From NCBI GenBank assembly GCA_963753435.1, contig CAVWCF010000001.1, forward strand, positions 960,001-1,024,000: 64,000 nt of DNA. The letters run 5' to 3'. Within the stretch, counting starts at the first letter, position 1; each line of letters opens with the position of its first letter. Position numbers and translations under genes: made by a program. Shown piece after piece: positions 41,575 to 53,029 of this stretch. This stretch comes from an uncultured Actinomycetota bacterium. GTDB taxonomy: Bacteria > Actinomycetota > Actinomycetes > CAVWCF01. The notes below the pieces were generated by a model. That model ran no database searches and was not told the origin of the DNA. It was given only the letters and a program-made list of their open reading frames with translations.

Positions 41575-43209
41575 GTGAGCCAAGTTACGTCGAACGAGGA
41601 ACTGATCGCGCAAGCGCGGGCCTGGGCCGCCGATGACCCCGACCCGCAGACCAGGGCCGAACTGCTGGCCCTGATCGACGCGGAGGACGCTGACGAGCTG
41701 GCCGACCGGTTCAGCGGGATGCTGCAGTTCGGCACAGCGGGGCTGCGCGGCGAACTCGGTGCCGGACCGAACCGAATGAACCGAGTGGTCGTAGCCAAAG
41801 CCGCAGCCGGGCTGGCCGCATACGTACTGGACAACGGCGGCCACGCCGTGGTCATCGGCTACGACGCCCGCCGAAACTCCGACGTCTTCGCCCGCGACAC
41901 CGCGCAAGTCCTCACCGGTGCCGGACTGTCCGCGATGGTGTTGCCGGAGCCGCTGCCGACGCCGGTGCTGGCATTCGCCATCCGGCACTTGGGCTGCGCC
42001 GCGGGCGTCATGGTGACCGCATCTCACAACCCGCCCAACGACAACGGGTACAAGGTCTACGTCGGCGACGGCTCACAGATCGTGCCGCCGACGGACGCCG
42101 ACATCGCCGCGCGCATCGCGGCCGTCGGCGACGTCAGCGCCCTGCCCCGCGGCGACGAATGGGTGACCCTGGGTGACGAGGTGCTGGCCGCCTACCGCGA
42201 ACGCGTGCTCTCGCTGGTGAACCCCGCTGAACCCAAAGACCTGTCCATCACGTACACCCCGATGCACGGCGTCGGCGGCGCGCTGCTGGTGGACGTACTG
42301 CAGCGAGCCGGGTTCGCGGCGCCGGCCGTCGCGACGGAGCAGTTCGCGCCGGACCCGGCGTTCCCGACGGTCGCTTTCCCCAACCCGGAGGAACCCGGGG
42401 CCATGGACCAGGCCATTGCCACGGCCGAGGCCAACGACGCTGACATCATCCTGGCCAACGACCCCGACGCCGACCGGTGTGCCGTGGGCATCCGCGGTGA
42501 GGCCGGCTACCGCATGCTGCGTGGCGATGAGGTCGGAGTGCTGCTGGGCGACTACCTCATCAACAGGGGTGCGCGCGGCACGTTCGCCAACTCGATCGTC
42601 TCCAGTTCGATGCTGGGCCGGATCTGCGCCGCGGCCGGGGTCCAGCACACGGAGACGCTGACCGGGTTCAAGTGGATATCCAAGGTTGAAGATCTCGCCT
42701 ACGGGTACGAAGAGGCGCTGGGGTACTGCGTCGACCCGGACGGGGTGAACGACAAGGACGGGGTCAGCGCCGCACTGCTCATCGCGCAACTGGCGGCCGC
42801 GGAGAAGGCGGCTGGGCGGACCCTGGCGGACACGTTGGACGATCTGTATCGACGTCACGGCCTGCACGCCACCGACCAACTCTCGGTCCGGGTGGAGGAC
42901 TTGTCGCTGATATCCGCGGCCATGCAGCGGCTTCGCACCGATCCGCCGACTCGACTGGGTTTCGGCCCGGTGCTGGGCCTGGACGACCTGAGCCGTGGTG
43001 ATGGCGGGCTTCCCCCCACCGACGGACTGCGCTTCCACCTGGATGGGGGTCGGGTGATCGTGCGGCCATCGGGAACCGAGCCGAAGTTGAAGTGCTACCT
43101 GGAAGTCGTGATCGAGGTGACCGACTCGCTGCAGCAGGCACGCAGCTTGGCAGCCGAACGGCTCGCGGCCCTGCGTGCTGACATCGGCGCAGCAACGGGC
43201 CTGGCCTGA
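41575..43209 (+). CDS. Alpha-D-phosphohexomutase family protein (probable phosphopentomutase/PMM)
   Basis: Motifs FGTAGLRG, TASHNP, DPDADR, GYEEA and RPSGTEPKLK. Confidence 0.92.
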   Translation: MSQVTSNEELIAQARAWAADDPDPQTRAELLALIDAEDADELADRFSGMLQFGTAGLRGELGAGPNRMNRVVVAKAAAGLAAYVLDNGGHAVVIGYDARRNSDVFARDTAQVLTGAGLSAMVLPEPLPTPVLAFAIRHLGCAAGVMVTASHNPPNDNGYKVYVGDGSQIVPPTDADIAARIAAVGDVSALPRGDEWVTLGDEVLAAYRERVLSLVNPAEPKDLSITYTPMHGVGGALLVDVLQRAGFAAPAVATEQFAPDPAFPTVAFPNPEEPGAMDQAIATAEANDADIILANDPDADRCAVGIRGEAGYRMLRGDEVGVLLGDYLINRGARGTFANSIVSSSMLGRICAAAGVQHTETLTGFKWISKVEDLAYGYEEALGYCVDPDGVNDKDGVSAALLIAQLAAAEKAAGRTLADTLDDLYRRHGLHATDQLSVRVEDLSLISAAMQRLRTDPPTRLGFGPVLGLDDLSRGDGGLPPTDGLRFHLDGGRVIVRPSGTEPKLKCYLEVVIEVTDSLQQARSLAAERLAALRADIGAATGLA

Positions 43210-43223
43210 GACTGGCCTGGGCC

Positions 43224-43245
43224 TGGCCGGTACCGGAACCGGCCA
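43224..43245 (+). terminator. Possible GC-rich hairpin after the phosphomutase
   Basis: 8-bp stem TGGCCGGT/ACCGGCCA with a 6-nt loop; no U-tract. Confidence 0.3.
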
Positions 43246-43276
43246 CGCCGGGTGCATGACGTCGTACGCTGAACCG

Positions 43277-44233
43277 GTGAGCGTCGCAACGGACTGGTCT
43301 GGGCGCATCGAAGAGATCACCACAGACGACACCACCTTGCGCCGGTTCCTGCACGGGCTGCCCGGCGTGGACCAGGTGGGGGCCGAGGCGCGCGCAGCCG
43401 ACTTGGCGACGCGGTCCATCAAGACCACGGCGAAGTCGTTCGGCATCGACCTGGCGATCCGCATGGTGGACCTGACCACGTTGGAAGGCCAGGACACCCC
43501 CGGCAAGGTGCGCTCGCTGTGCGCCAAGGCGATCCACCCGGACCCGACCGATCCCAGCGTTCCGGCAGTCGCCGCAGTCTGCGTCTACGGCGACCTGGTG
43601 CCGATCGCCAAGCAGGCGCTAGCCGGCAGTGGCGTGCATGTGGCGGCCGTAGCGACCGCGTTCCCATCCGGCCGCGCCTCGCGAGCGGTGCGACTGGCCG
43701 ACACCGCCGAGGCCGTGGCAGCGGGGGCAGACGAGATCGACATGGTGATCGACCGTGGCGCCTTCCTGTCCGGTCGCTACCTGCAGGTCTTCGAGGACAT
43801 CGTCGCCGTCAAGGCCGCGTGTGGCGACGCCCACCTCAAGGTCATCCTTGAGACCGGGGAACTGGCCACGTACGACAACGTCCGTCGCGCCTCCTGGCTG
43901 GCCATGCTTGCTGGCGCCGACTTCATCAAGACCTCGACCGGCAAGGTGGCACCGGCAGCGACCATGCCGGTGACGCTGGTGATGCTCCAGGCGGTCCGGG
44001 ACTTCCGCATCGCCACTGGTCGGCAAGTGGGCGTCAAACCGGCCGGTGGTATCCGCACCAGCAAGGACGCGCTGCGCTACCTGGTGATCGTCAACGAGAC
44101 GGTCGGCGAAGACTGGCTGGACCCGGCGTGGTTCCGTTTCGGCGCATCGAGCCTGCTCAACGACCTCCTCATGCAACGGCAGAAACTCAAGACCGGGCAC
44201 TACTCCGGCCCCGACTACGTCACGTTGGACTGA
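43277..44233 (+). CDS. deoC: Deoxyribose-phosphate aldolase (alternative ATG start at 43256)
   Basis: Motifs DLTTLEG, EIDMV, KVILETGEL, FIKTSTGK, KPAGGIR and RFGASSLL. Confidence 0.95.
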   Translation: MSVATDWSGRIEEITTDDTTLRRFLHGLPGVDQVGAEARAADLATRSIKTTAKSFGIDLAIRMVDLTTLEGQDTPGKVRSLCAKAIHPDPTDPSVPAVAAVCVYGDLVPIAKQALAGSGVHVAAVATAFPSGRASRAVRLADTAEAVAAGADEIDMVIDRGAFLSGRYLQVFEDIVAVKAACGDAHLKVILETGELATYDNVRRASWLAMLAGADFIKTSTGKVAPAATMPVTLVMLQAVRDFRIATGRQVGVKPAGGIRTSKDALRYLVIVNETVGEDWLDPAWFRFGASSLLNDLLMQRQKLKTGHYSGPDYVTLD

Positions 44234-44236
44234 TAC

Positions 44237-45679
44237 ATGACCGCTTTCGAGTACGCACCCGCGCCGGAGAACCGCGCCGTCGTGGACATCCAGCCGTCGT
44301 ACGGCCTGTTCATCAACGGCGAATTCGTGGACGGGTCGTCCGGTCGGGCCTTCAAGACTGTGGACCCGGCCACCGAAGAGGTGCTCGCCGAGGTCACCGA
44401 GGCCGGCGCCGACGACGTCGATGCCGCCGTGCGTGCGGCGCGCACGGCCTACGACAAGGTCTGGTCGCGCATGTCGGGCACAGAACGGGGCAAGTACCTG
44501 TTCCGAATCGCCCGGATCCTGCAGGAGCGGGCCCGTGAGTTCGCCGTCCTGGAGACCTTGGACAACGGCAAGCCGATCAAGGAAAGCCGGGACGTGGACG
44601 TGCCCTTGGCCGCCGCGCACTTCTTCTACCACGCTGGTTGGGCCGACAAACTGGCCTACGCCGGCTTCGGGCCTGACCCCAAGCCGTTGGGCGTGGCCGG
44701 ACAGGTGATCCCGTGGAACTTCCCCCTGCTGATGCTGGCCTGGAAGGTGGCCCCGGCACTGGCCGCCGGAAACACCGTCGTGCTGAAGCCGGCCGAAACC
44801 ACACCCCTGACCGCGCTGCTGTTCGCGGAGGTATGCCAGCAGGCCGACCTGCCTCCCGGCGTGGTGAACATCCTGACCGGAGCCGGCGAAACGGGAGCCG
44901 CGGTGGTCGGGCACCCGGACGTCGACAAGGTGGCGTTCACGGGCTCGACCGAAGTAGGCAAGCGGATCGCCAAGGCGATCGCCGGGTCGAAGAAGAAGGC
45001 CACGCTCGAGCTCGGCGGCAAGGCCGCAAACATCGTCTTTGACGACGCGCCCATCGACCAGTCGATCGAAGGAATCGTTCGCGGGGTCTTCTTCAACCAG
45101 GGGCACGTGTGCTGCGCCGGCACCCGACTGCTGGTTCACGAGCCGGTGGTCGATGCGGTCCTGGAATCACTCAAGCGTCGGCTGGGCACCCTGCGTCTGG
45201 GCGACCCGATGGACAAGAACACCGACATCGGTGCCATCAACTCCAGCGTGCAGTTGGAGCGGATCCGGCAGATGAGCGAGATCGGGGAGGCCGAAGGCGC
45301 GCGCCGGTGGTCGGCACCGTGCGAGTTGCCTGACCGCGGCTACTGGTACCCGCCGACGGTCTTCACGAACGTCTCCCAGAGCCATCGCATCGCCCGCGAG
45401 GAGATCTTCGGGCCGGTACTCAGCGTGCTTACCTTCCGCACCCCGGCAGAGGCACTGGAGAAGGCCAACAACACCCCCTACGGCTTGTCGGCCGGGGTCT
45501 GGACGGATAAGGGCAGCCGGATCCTGTGGATGGCCGAACGGCTGCGGGCCGGCGTCGTCTGGGCGAACACGTTCAACCACTTCGACCCGACCTCACCGTT
45601 CGGCGGGTACAAGGAATCCGGGTACGGACGGGAAGGCGGCCGCCACGGGCTGGCCGCCTACCTGCGGACGGAGTACTGA
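44237..45679 (+). CDS. Aldehyde dehydrogenase, full length
   Basis: Motifs PWNFP, FTGST, LELGGK, catalytic NQGHVCCAG and EEIFGPV. Confidence 0.93.
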   Translation: MTAFEYAPAPENRAVVDIQPSYGLFINGEFVDGSSGRAFKTVDPATEEVLAEVTEAGADDVDAAVRAARTAYDKVWSRMSGTERGKYLFRIARILQERAREFAVLETLDNGKPIKESRDVDVPLAAAHFFYHAGWADKLAYAGFGPDPKPLGVAGQVIPWNFPLLMLAWKVAPALAAGNTVVLKPAETTPLTALLFAEVCQQADLPPGVVNILTGAGETGAAVVGHPDVDKVAFTGSTEVGKRIAKAIAGSKKKATLELGGKAANIVFDDAPIDQSIEGIVRGVFFNQGHVCCAGTRLLVHEPVVDAVLESLKRRLGTLRLGDPMDKNTDIGAINSSVQLERIRQMSEIGEAEGARRWSAPCELPDRGYWYPPTVFTNVSQSHRIAREEIFGPVLSVLTFRTPAEALEKANNTPYGLSAGVWTDKGSRILWMAERLRAGVVWANTFNHFDPTSPFGGYKESGYGREGGRHGLAAYLRTEY

Positions 45680-46539
45680 TGGCGCGCGAAGAGATCCGCA
45701 AGACGTACAAGCTCTTCATCGGGGGCAAGTTCCCCCGGTCGGAGTCGGGTCGCTCGTACCTGGTGTCAGACGCCAAAGGCCGTTTCGCGGCCAACGCCGC
45801 GCAAGCGTCGCGCAAGGACGCGCGCGACGCGGTCCAGGCCGCCCGGAAGGCCTTTGCCGGATGGTCGGGCGCCACGGCCTACAACCGCGGCCAAGTGCTG
45901 TACCGCGTTGCTGAGGTCATGGAGGGTCGCCGCGCTCAGTTCGTGGAGGAGGTTGGCGCCACTGAGGGGTTGTCTGCGCGCAAAGCCGCAGCAGTGGTGG
46001 ACACCGCCATCGACCGCTGGGTCTGGTACGCCGGCTGGACCGACAAGTTGGCTCAGGTCGACGGATCGGCGAACCCGGTCGCCGGGCCCTTCTTCAACTT
46101 CTCCGTGCCAGAACCAACCGGTGTCGTGGCCGTGATCGCACCGCAGTCGTCGTCCCTGCTGGGGCTGACCTCGGTGCTGGCACCGGTGCTGGTCCCGGGC
46201 AACACCGCGGTTGTCTTGGCCGCGCAGGACCGACCACTGCCGGCGATCACGCTGGCTGAGGTAATGGCGACCGCCGACGTACCGGCCGGCGTCGTCAACC
46301 TGTTGACGGGCACGACCACCGAGGTTGGCCCCTGGCTGGCGTCGCACTCCGACGTCAACGCCATTGACCTGGCCGGGGCCGGTGAGTCTGCGGCGGAGTG
46401 GGAGGCCGCGGCTGCCGACAACGTCAAGCGCGTTCTTCGGCCTTCCGCCACCGAGCCGGATTGGAACGCCGTTCCATCCACGCAGCGGATGCGTGCGTTC
46501 CTGGAGACGAAGACCGTCTGGCACCCAGTAGGCACTTGA
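45679..46539 (+). CDS. Truncated aldehyde-dehydrogenase-like protein (Rossmann-like part only)
   Basis: TGATG-coupled; ALDH N-terminal similarity but no ELGG or catalytic Cys domain; ends in ETKTVWHP. Confidence 0.85.
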   Translation: MAREEIRKTYKLFIGGKFPRSESGRSYLVSDAKGRFAANAAQASRKDARDAVQAARKAFAGWSGATAYNRGQVLYRVAEVMEGRRAQFVEEVGATEGLSARKAAAVVDTAIDRWVWYAGWTDKLAQVDGSANPVAGPFFNFSVPEPTGVVAVIAPQSSSLLGLTSVLAPVLVPGNTAVVLAAQDRPLPAITLAEVMATADVPAGVVNLLTGTTTEVGPWLASHSDVNAIDLAGAGESAAEWEAAAADNVKRVLRPSATEPDWNAVPSTQRMRAFLETKTVWHPVGT

Positions 46540-46600
46540 TCTGGCCCTTCCCGGCTGTCGGCGGCTCAATGAATCCACCGAAACGGCCGATACGGCACAG

Positions 46601-47005
46601 GTGAGCGAACTCGATCGCGTGATCCGCCCTGCAGCCGTGCTGGACCCCCGCACGGCCGCGTTGGTCGTGTCAATGCTCACGCAGCAGGACGTGGGTGCCG
46701 GAGGGCTGTGGAACGCCAGCTCGACGCTGTGGCAGCGCTACGACCAGCCCTGGAACGGACCCGGCGGGACTCGTGGGGACTCCCACCTTGTGGGCTCCAT
46801 CGCGGTCATGTACGACGCTCCGCACCGGCACGAGATCACCATCTACCGGGTCACCGTCACCGAATCCGGGCAAGCGTTCGGCTGGTCGGTGGAATCGCTG
46901 TGCGACGACGCGCTCACCTGGGCCGGCCTAACGCTGGAGTCCTGCCCCCGGGCGGAACTGGCCACCCCACCGCTGCGCGACCCGTTCCACGTCGCCAGGG
47001 CCTAG
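46601..47005 (+). CDS. Hypothetical protein
   Basis: 134-aa ORF with normal composition filling the gap between convergent operons. Confidence 0.7.
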   Translation: MSELDRVIRPAAVLDPRTAALVVSMLTQQDVGAGGLWNASSTLWQRYDQPWNGPGGTRGDSHLVGSIAVMYDAPHRHEITIYRVTVTESGQAFGWSVESLCDDALTWAGLTLESCPRAELATPPLRDPFHVARA

Positions 47006-47018
47006 CCGCTGCGCCCAG

Positions 47019-47377
47019 TCAGTCCTCGCGATTAGCCAGATCCGGCCCGAACGCCGGAACGCAGATAGCCACGTACTCCGTGTCCCCCGCATCGGCCGGC
47101 ACCGAGTAGCGCACGCGCTCGCCGGCTCGGGACAGGACCGCCTCACCCGCTCCGGCGTCGATGACGCCCCCTTCGTGCTCAACCCGTACCGCCCCGCGGA
47201 GTACCAGCGTGAGTTCATCGAATTCCGGCACCTGGGCCGGCTCGGCCCAACCCGCCGGCGCCCGCATGTGCGCCACGCTGGCGGCCGTATCGTCGGTGCG
47301 CACCCGACCGAACCACTCGTGGATGACCTTGCCGCCCGGCACGGGTACGACGCTCGGTTCCCGCAGGTGTTCGACCA

Positions 47378-47378
<1 letters not shown>
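47019..47378 (-). CDS. Cupin-domain protein
   Basis: Motifs EPAQVPEFDE and ERVRYS..YVAICVPAF; TGATG-coupled to deoA. Confidence 0.8.
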
Positions 47379-48663
<1,285 letters not shown>

Positions 48664-48667
<4 letters not shown>

Positions 48668-49056
48668 CGGTTCTCCAAGTCGGCCCGGCTGAAGGCGTCG
48701 GGCAGCAAGTCACCCAGCCGCTTGGGCGACTCTGCGGCGTACACGAGCATTTCCTCGCCGCCGTGCTCCAGCAGCAGCTGACGGCACCGGCCGCATGGCA
48801 TCAGCGGACTTCCGGAGCCGTCGACGCAAGCCATTGCGACCAAGCGGCCGCCACCGGAGGCGTGCAGTTGCGAAACCAACCCGCATTCAGCACACAGGCC
48901 CAAGCCGTATGACGCGTTCTCCACATTGCAGCCGGTGACGACCCGGCCGTCATCGGTCAGCCCAGCCGCTCCGACCGGGAACTGCGAGTAAGGCGCATAG
49001 GCGCGCTGCATCGCATCGGTCGCAGCCGCAACAAGCGCCGCGAAGTCCACCGCCAA
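48664..49056 (-). CDS. cdd: Cytidine deaminase
   Basis: Motifs YAPYS, NVENASY, CAE and PCGRCRQ. Confidence 0.95.
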
Positions 49057-50316
49057 CTATTCCTCCCCAGGCCTATATCTGACCCCGTCGGCAGCGGGCA
49101 TGCGAAGGCTCTGACTGGCCAGCGCCAAGACCAGCAATGTGGTCAGGTACGGAGCGATGAACGCCAACTCGTTGGGCACCTGCTCGGCGGTCAGGTACAC
49201 ACCGAGCAGAACCGCGCCGACGATGCCGACCGCCATCGCACCAACGGCCCGGCGCCGGGACAGGAACACGAAGGCCAGGACAATCATCACGATCGCCCCG
49301 AACAAGATGATGGCTCGCACCGTCTCCGACTGCCGCAATTGCTGCGCGTCGACGTAACCGAACAGCGCAGCGCCCGACGCCGCGCCGAACGGTCGCCAGT
49401 TTCCGAACAACATGGCCGCCAGACCGATGAAGCCGCGTCCAGCCGTCTGCCCCTCGCGGTAGATACCGGCCAGCACAATCGTGAGGAACGCCCCGCCGAT
49501 GCCGGCGAGGGCACCGGAGATCGTGACCGCTACGTACTTGTAGGCACGAACCCGCACACCGAGAGACTCCGCCGCCCACGGGTTCTCCCCGCAGGAGCGG
49601 ACTCGCAGTCCGAACGCCGTGCGCCAAAGCACATACCAGGTGATCACGAACAGCGAAACAGCGATGATCGTGATGTACGAAAGCCCGGTGGTGATTCCGC
49701 CCAGGATCCCGGCGACGTCGGAGATGATGAACCAGCCCTGGGATTGCAGGTCCGCCATCCAGTCGGAGAAGCCCGGGATTGTCAGCGTTTCCAGCCGCGG
49801 CTGGACCGGCGGGGACTGTGTTGGACCGCCTCCGGGAACACCGTCGAAGGCAACCGCCGAAAGGAACTGGGTGAGCCCGAGGCCAAGGATGTTGATCGCG
49901 GTACCGGAGATGATGTGGTCCACCGCGAACGTCACGGTCGCGACCGCATGCAGCAGGCCGCCGGCCGCGCCGAAGATCATCCCGACGAGCAGCGCTGCCC
50001 AGGGACCCCACTGGTAGCCGGCCCAACCGGCACCCCAGGTCCCGAGGATGAGCATGCCCTCCAGGCCGATGTTGACCACACCGGAACGCTCCGACCACAA
50101 ACCACCAAGGGCCGCCATCCCGATCGGCACGGCCAGTCCGATCGCCGCGCTGATCGTGCCGACACTGGTCATGTCGTCGGCACCGGTGAACAGGCGGACC
50201 GCACTAAGCAGGGCCAACCCACCGAATGCCATCAGGATCAACCGGTACTGCGCGCTCAGAATGTCGCGCCCGCGTGCAGCCACTGGCGTCGGGGGAACCT
50301 GTGTCGGGGCGCTCAC
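49057..50316 (-). CDS. Nucleoside ABC transporter permease
   Basis: Motifs SERSGVVNIGLEG, CGENP and GRGFIGLAA..GNWRP. Confidence 0.92.
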   Translation of the reverse strand: MSAPTQVPPTPVAARGRDILSAQYRLILMAFGGLALLSAVRLFTGADDMTSVGTISAAIGLAVPIGMAALGGLWSERSGVVNIGLEGMLILGTWGAGWAGYQWGPWAALLVGMIFGAAGGLLHAVATVTFAVDHIISGTAINILGLGLTQFLSAVAFDGVPGGGPTQSPPVQPRLETLTIPGFSDWMADLQSQGWFIISDVAGILGGITTGLSYITIIAVSLFVITWYVLWRTAFGLRVRSCGENPWAAESLGVRVRAYKYVAVTISGALAGIGGAFLTIVLAGIYREGQTAGRGFIGLAAMLFGNWRPFGAASGAALFGYVDAQQLRQSETVRAIILFGAIVMIVLAFVFLSRRRAVGAMAVGIVGAVLLGVYLTAEQVPNELAFIAPYLTTLLVLALASQSLRMPAADGVRYRPGEE

Positions 50317-51419
50317 GCCGGTGCTCCTTCGGCCTGAGCGGCCTCCAGTTCTCGCGCCACCCGCGTCTGGTCCCGGCGGATCTGGTAGCGCCGGACGAGT
50401 TCGTAGGCGATGACCACGGACAGGACGATGACGCCCTGCATGATCGTGATGACCTCTTTGGCCACGCCCGACAGGTCCAGAATGGTGCGCGAGGTGTCGA
50501 GGAAGGCCCAAAGCAGCGCGGCGAACACGATGCCGATGGGTGAGTTGCGACCCAACAAGGCCACGGCAATCCCGGTGAACCCGATGCCCGCTGGGAAGTC
50601 CAGTGCGTAGGTGTACGAGGCACCCAACAACTGCGGCAGCCCGACGAGCCCAGCGATCGCACCGGACATGACCATGGCGATGAAGATCATCCGCTTGTAG
50701 TCGACACCGCTGGCCACCGCCGCTGACTGGCTCAGGCCGGACGCCTTCAGGTCGTAGCCCAGCCGCGTGCGGTTGAGGAGGAACCAGTAAGCCACCCCCA
50801 CCACGACGGCGACCAGGATGAACCCGTACACCTTGGACTCGGTCCCAGGGAACGGCAGCCCGGGCATCTGCCCCGAAGGCGGGATCGGCGGCGTGCCGAT
50901 GTTGTTGCTGCCGGCGATGCCCACCGCGAGCCGGTCGGTGGACAGGAAGTAGGCAACAACCCCAGTCGCGATGAAGTTCAGCATGATCGTGGAGATGACT
51001 TCGCTAACACCCCGCACGGCCCGGAGCAGGCCGGCGATTCCTGCCCACATGGCGCCGACGAACATGGCGGTCAGAATGGTCAGGCCAATGTGCAGCGGCC
51101 CTGGCAACGCCACGTTGCCGGCCACGACGGCAGAGAAGAACGCAGCCATGCGGTACTGCCCGTCGACACCGATGTTGAAGAGGTTCATCTTGAAGCCGAT
51201 GGCAACCGCGACTGCGGACAGGTAGTACGTGGTCGCTTGATTGAGCGTCAGCGCCAGCGACCGCGGCTGGGTGCCGTAGTCGAACATCGACGAGAAGGTT
51301 TCGAACGGGTTCGCCCCGACGGCGATCAGCACGACCGAAGTCACTATGAACGCCATCACGATGGCCAACGCGGCCGGCGCGAGAGCCAGGACTATCCGGC
51401 GACCACGATCCCCGCCCAT
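50313..51419 (-). CDS. Nucleoside ABC transporter permease
   Basis: Motifs LFNIGVDGQ, EVISTIMLN and GFTGIAVALLG. Confidence 0.92.
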   Translation of the reverse strand: MGGDRGRRIVLALAPAALAIVMAFIVTSVVLIAVGANPFETFSSMFDYGTQPRSLALTLNQATTYYLSAVAVAIGFKMNLFNIGVDGQYRMAAFFSAVVAGNVALPGPLHIGLTILTAMFVGAMWAGIAGLLRAVRGVSEVISTIMLNFIATGVVAYFLSTDRLAVGIAGSNNIGTPPIPPSGQMPGLPFPGTESKVYGFILVAVVVGVAYWFLLNRTRLGYDLKASGLSQSAAVASGVDYKRMIFIAMVMSGAIAGLVGLPQLLGASYTYALDFPAGIGFTGIAVALLGRNSPIGIVFAALLWAFLDTSRTILDLSGVAKEVITIMQGVIVLSVVIAYELVRRYQIRRDQTRVARELEAAQAEGAPA

Positions 51420-52951
51420 TACGCGGCCGCTCCCGCACCTGTCATGGCCGACCCCAACTCCTCCGGTGTGACCGTTCTCGGGTCGGCTTCGGCTACGAAG
51501 CGACCGCGCAGAATCACCTTGATCGTGTCCGACATGCCGATCAGCTCATCCAGATCGGCCGAGATCATCAACACGGCCAGGCCCTTTGCGCGAGCCTCAC
51601 GCAACTGGTCCCAAATCGCCGACTGCGCGCCCACGTCCACACCGCGAGTGGGGTGCGCGGCGATGAGCAGCACGGGGTCGCCGCTCATCTCTCGGCCGAC
51701 GATGAACTTCTGCTGGTTCCCGCCGGACAGCGAAGACGCAAAGACCCCGACCCCGGGAGTGCGCACGTCGTATTCGGACACGATGCGCTCGGCCTCCTGC
51801 TTGGCCGCCGTCGGGCTGATGAGCAACTCGCCACCCGCCGGGCGCACCGTCTGATGGCCGAGCATCCGGTTCTCCCAGAGGGTTGCCTCCAGCAGCAATC
51901 CCTGTCGGGCCCGGTCCTCAGGGATCAGTGCAACGCCTTTCTCGCGTCGATGCCGGGTGCTCAGCGAGGTGATGTCCTCACCACCGAGGCTTATCCGGCC
52001 TGCGGTGGGCCGCCGGATACCCATCAGGGCGTCCACGAGCTCGCTCTGGCCGTTGCCTTCGACCCCGGCTATCCCCACGACTTCGCCGGAGTGGATGGTC
52101 ACGTTCAAGTCGGACAGCAGCGAGCGTCCCTCGTCGGTCGTCAACGACAGCCCGCTGACGTCGAGGACAACGCGGTCGGTGACGGTGGAGTCGCGCAGTT
52201 CGGGCACGGGCAGTTCGCTGCCCACCATCAGCTCGGCCAATTCCCGACTGGTCACCTCTGCTGGGTCGACGGTGGCCACGGTGGTGCCACGTCGGATCAC
52301 CGTGATCTGGTCGGCGACCTGCAGGACCTCGTCCAACTTGTGGGAGATGAAGAGAATCGTGTTGCCCTCGGCAACCAGGACGCGCAGAGAGGCGAATAGT
52401 TCGTCCACCTCCTGCGGGACCAGGACGGCGGTGGGCTCGTCGAGAATCAGGATCTTGGCCCCGCGGAACAGGACCTTCATGATCTCCACGCGTTGCCGCA
52501 TGCCAACGCCCAGGTCCTCCACCAGTTGGTCCGGATCTAGGTCCAGTCCGTACTGCTCCGAAACTTCCAGGATCCGCTGTCGGGCGGCTTTGCGATCGAG
52601 GCGAATCCCCTTGCGTGGTTCCGACCCGAGGACGACGTTCTCCAGAACGGTCAGGTTGTCGGCGAGCATGAAGTGCTGATGCACCATGCCCACACCGGCG
52701 TCGATGGCATCACCGGGAGTGTGGAAGGTGACCTCGCTGCCGTTGACCTTGATCAGGCCCGAGTCGGCCTGGTGCATGCCGTACAGCGTCTTCATCAGTG
52801 TCGACTTGCCGGCGCCGTTCTCACCGACCAACGCGTGGATCTCACCTACGCGGACGGCCAGGTTGATATCGGAGTTGGCAATGACCCCGGGAAAGGTCTT
52901 CGTGATGTCGATTAGTTCGACGGCGTAACCGTCGGCAGTTGTCTCGCTGAT
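51419..52951 (-). CDS. Nucleoside ABC transporter tandem ATPase, probable ATC start
   Basis: Motifs GENGAGKS, LDEPT and LSGGNQQK. The conserved N-terminus (VELIDITKTFPGVIAN) lies upstream of the first canonical start; GGGAGG-5nt-ATC. Confidence 0.9.
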   Translation of the reverse strand: MSETTADGYAVELIDITKTFPGVIANSDINLAVRVGEIHALVGENGAGKSTLMKTLYGMHQADSGLIKVNGSEVTFHTPGDAIDAGVGMVHQHFMLADNLTVLENVVLGSEPRKGIRLDRKAARQRILEVSEQYGLDLDPDQLVEDLGVGMRQRVEIMKVLFRGAKILILDEPTAVLVPQEVDELFASLRVLVAEGNTILFISHKLDEVLQVADQITVIRRGTTVATVDPAEVTSRELAELMVGSELPVPELRDSTVTDRVVLDVSGLSLTTDEGRSLLSDLNVTIHSGEVVGIAGVEGNGQSELVDALMGIRRPTAGRISLGGEDITSLSTRHRREKGVALIPEDRARQGLLLEATLWENRMLGHQTVRPAGGELLISPTAAKQEAERIVSEYDVRTPGVGVFASSLSGGNQQKFIVGREMSGDPVLLIAAHPTRGVDVGAQSAIWDQLREARAKGLAVLMISADLDELIGMSDTIKVILRGRFVAEADPRTVTPEELGSAMTGAGAAA

Positions 52952-52970
52952 GACGTCCTCCCGAATACGA

Positions 52971-53011
52971 CTCGGACCCGGACCGACGCTAGCGCGCCGA
53001 CCGGGTCCGAG
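52971..53011. terminator. Intercistronic stem-loop between the BMP gene and the ATPase gene
   Basis: Perfect 11-bp inverted repeat CTCGGACCCGG/CCGGGTCCGAG around a 19-nt loop. Confidence 0.6.
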
Positions 53012-53029
53012 CCCGTTGATTCGCTGGTA

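Noticed and set aside
45679-46539. Short ALDH as a pseudogene
   Set aside because: The frame is intact, the start is coupled and the C-terminal strand is retained, which fits a functional subunit.
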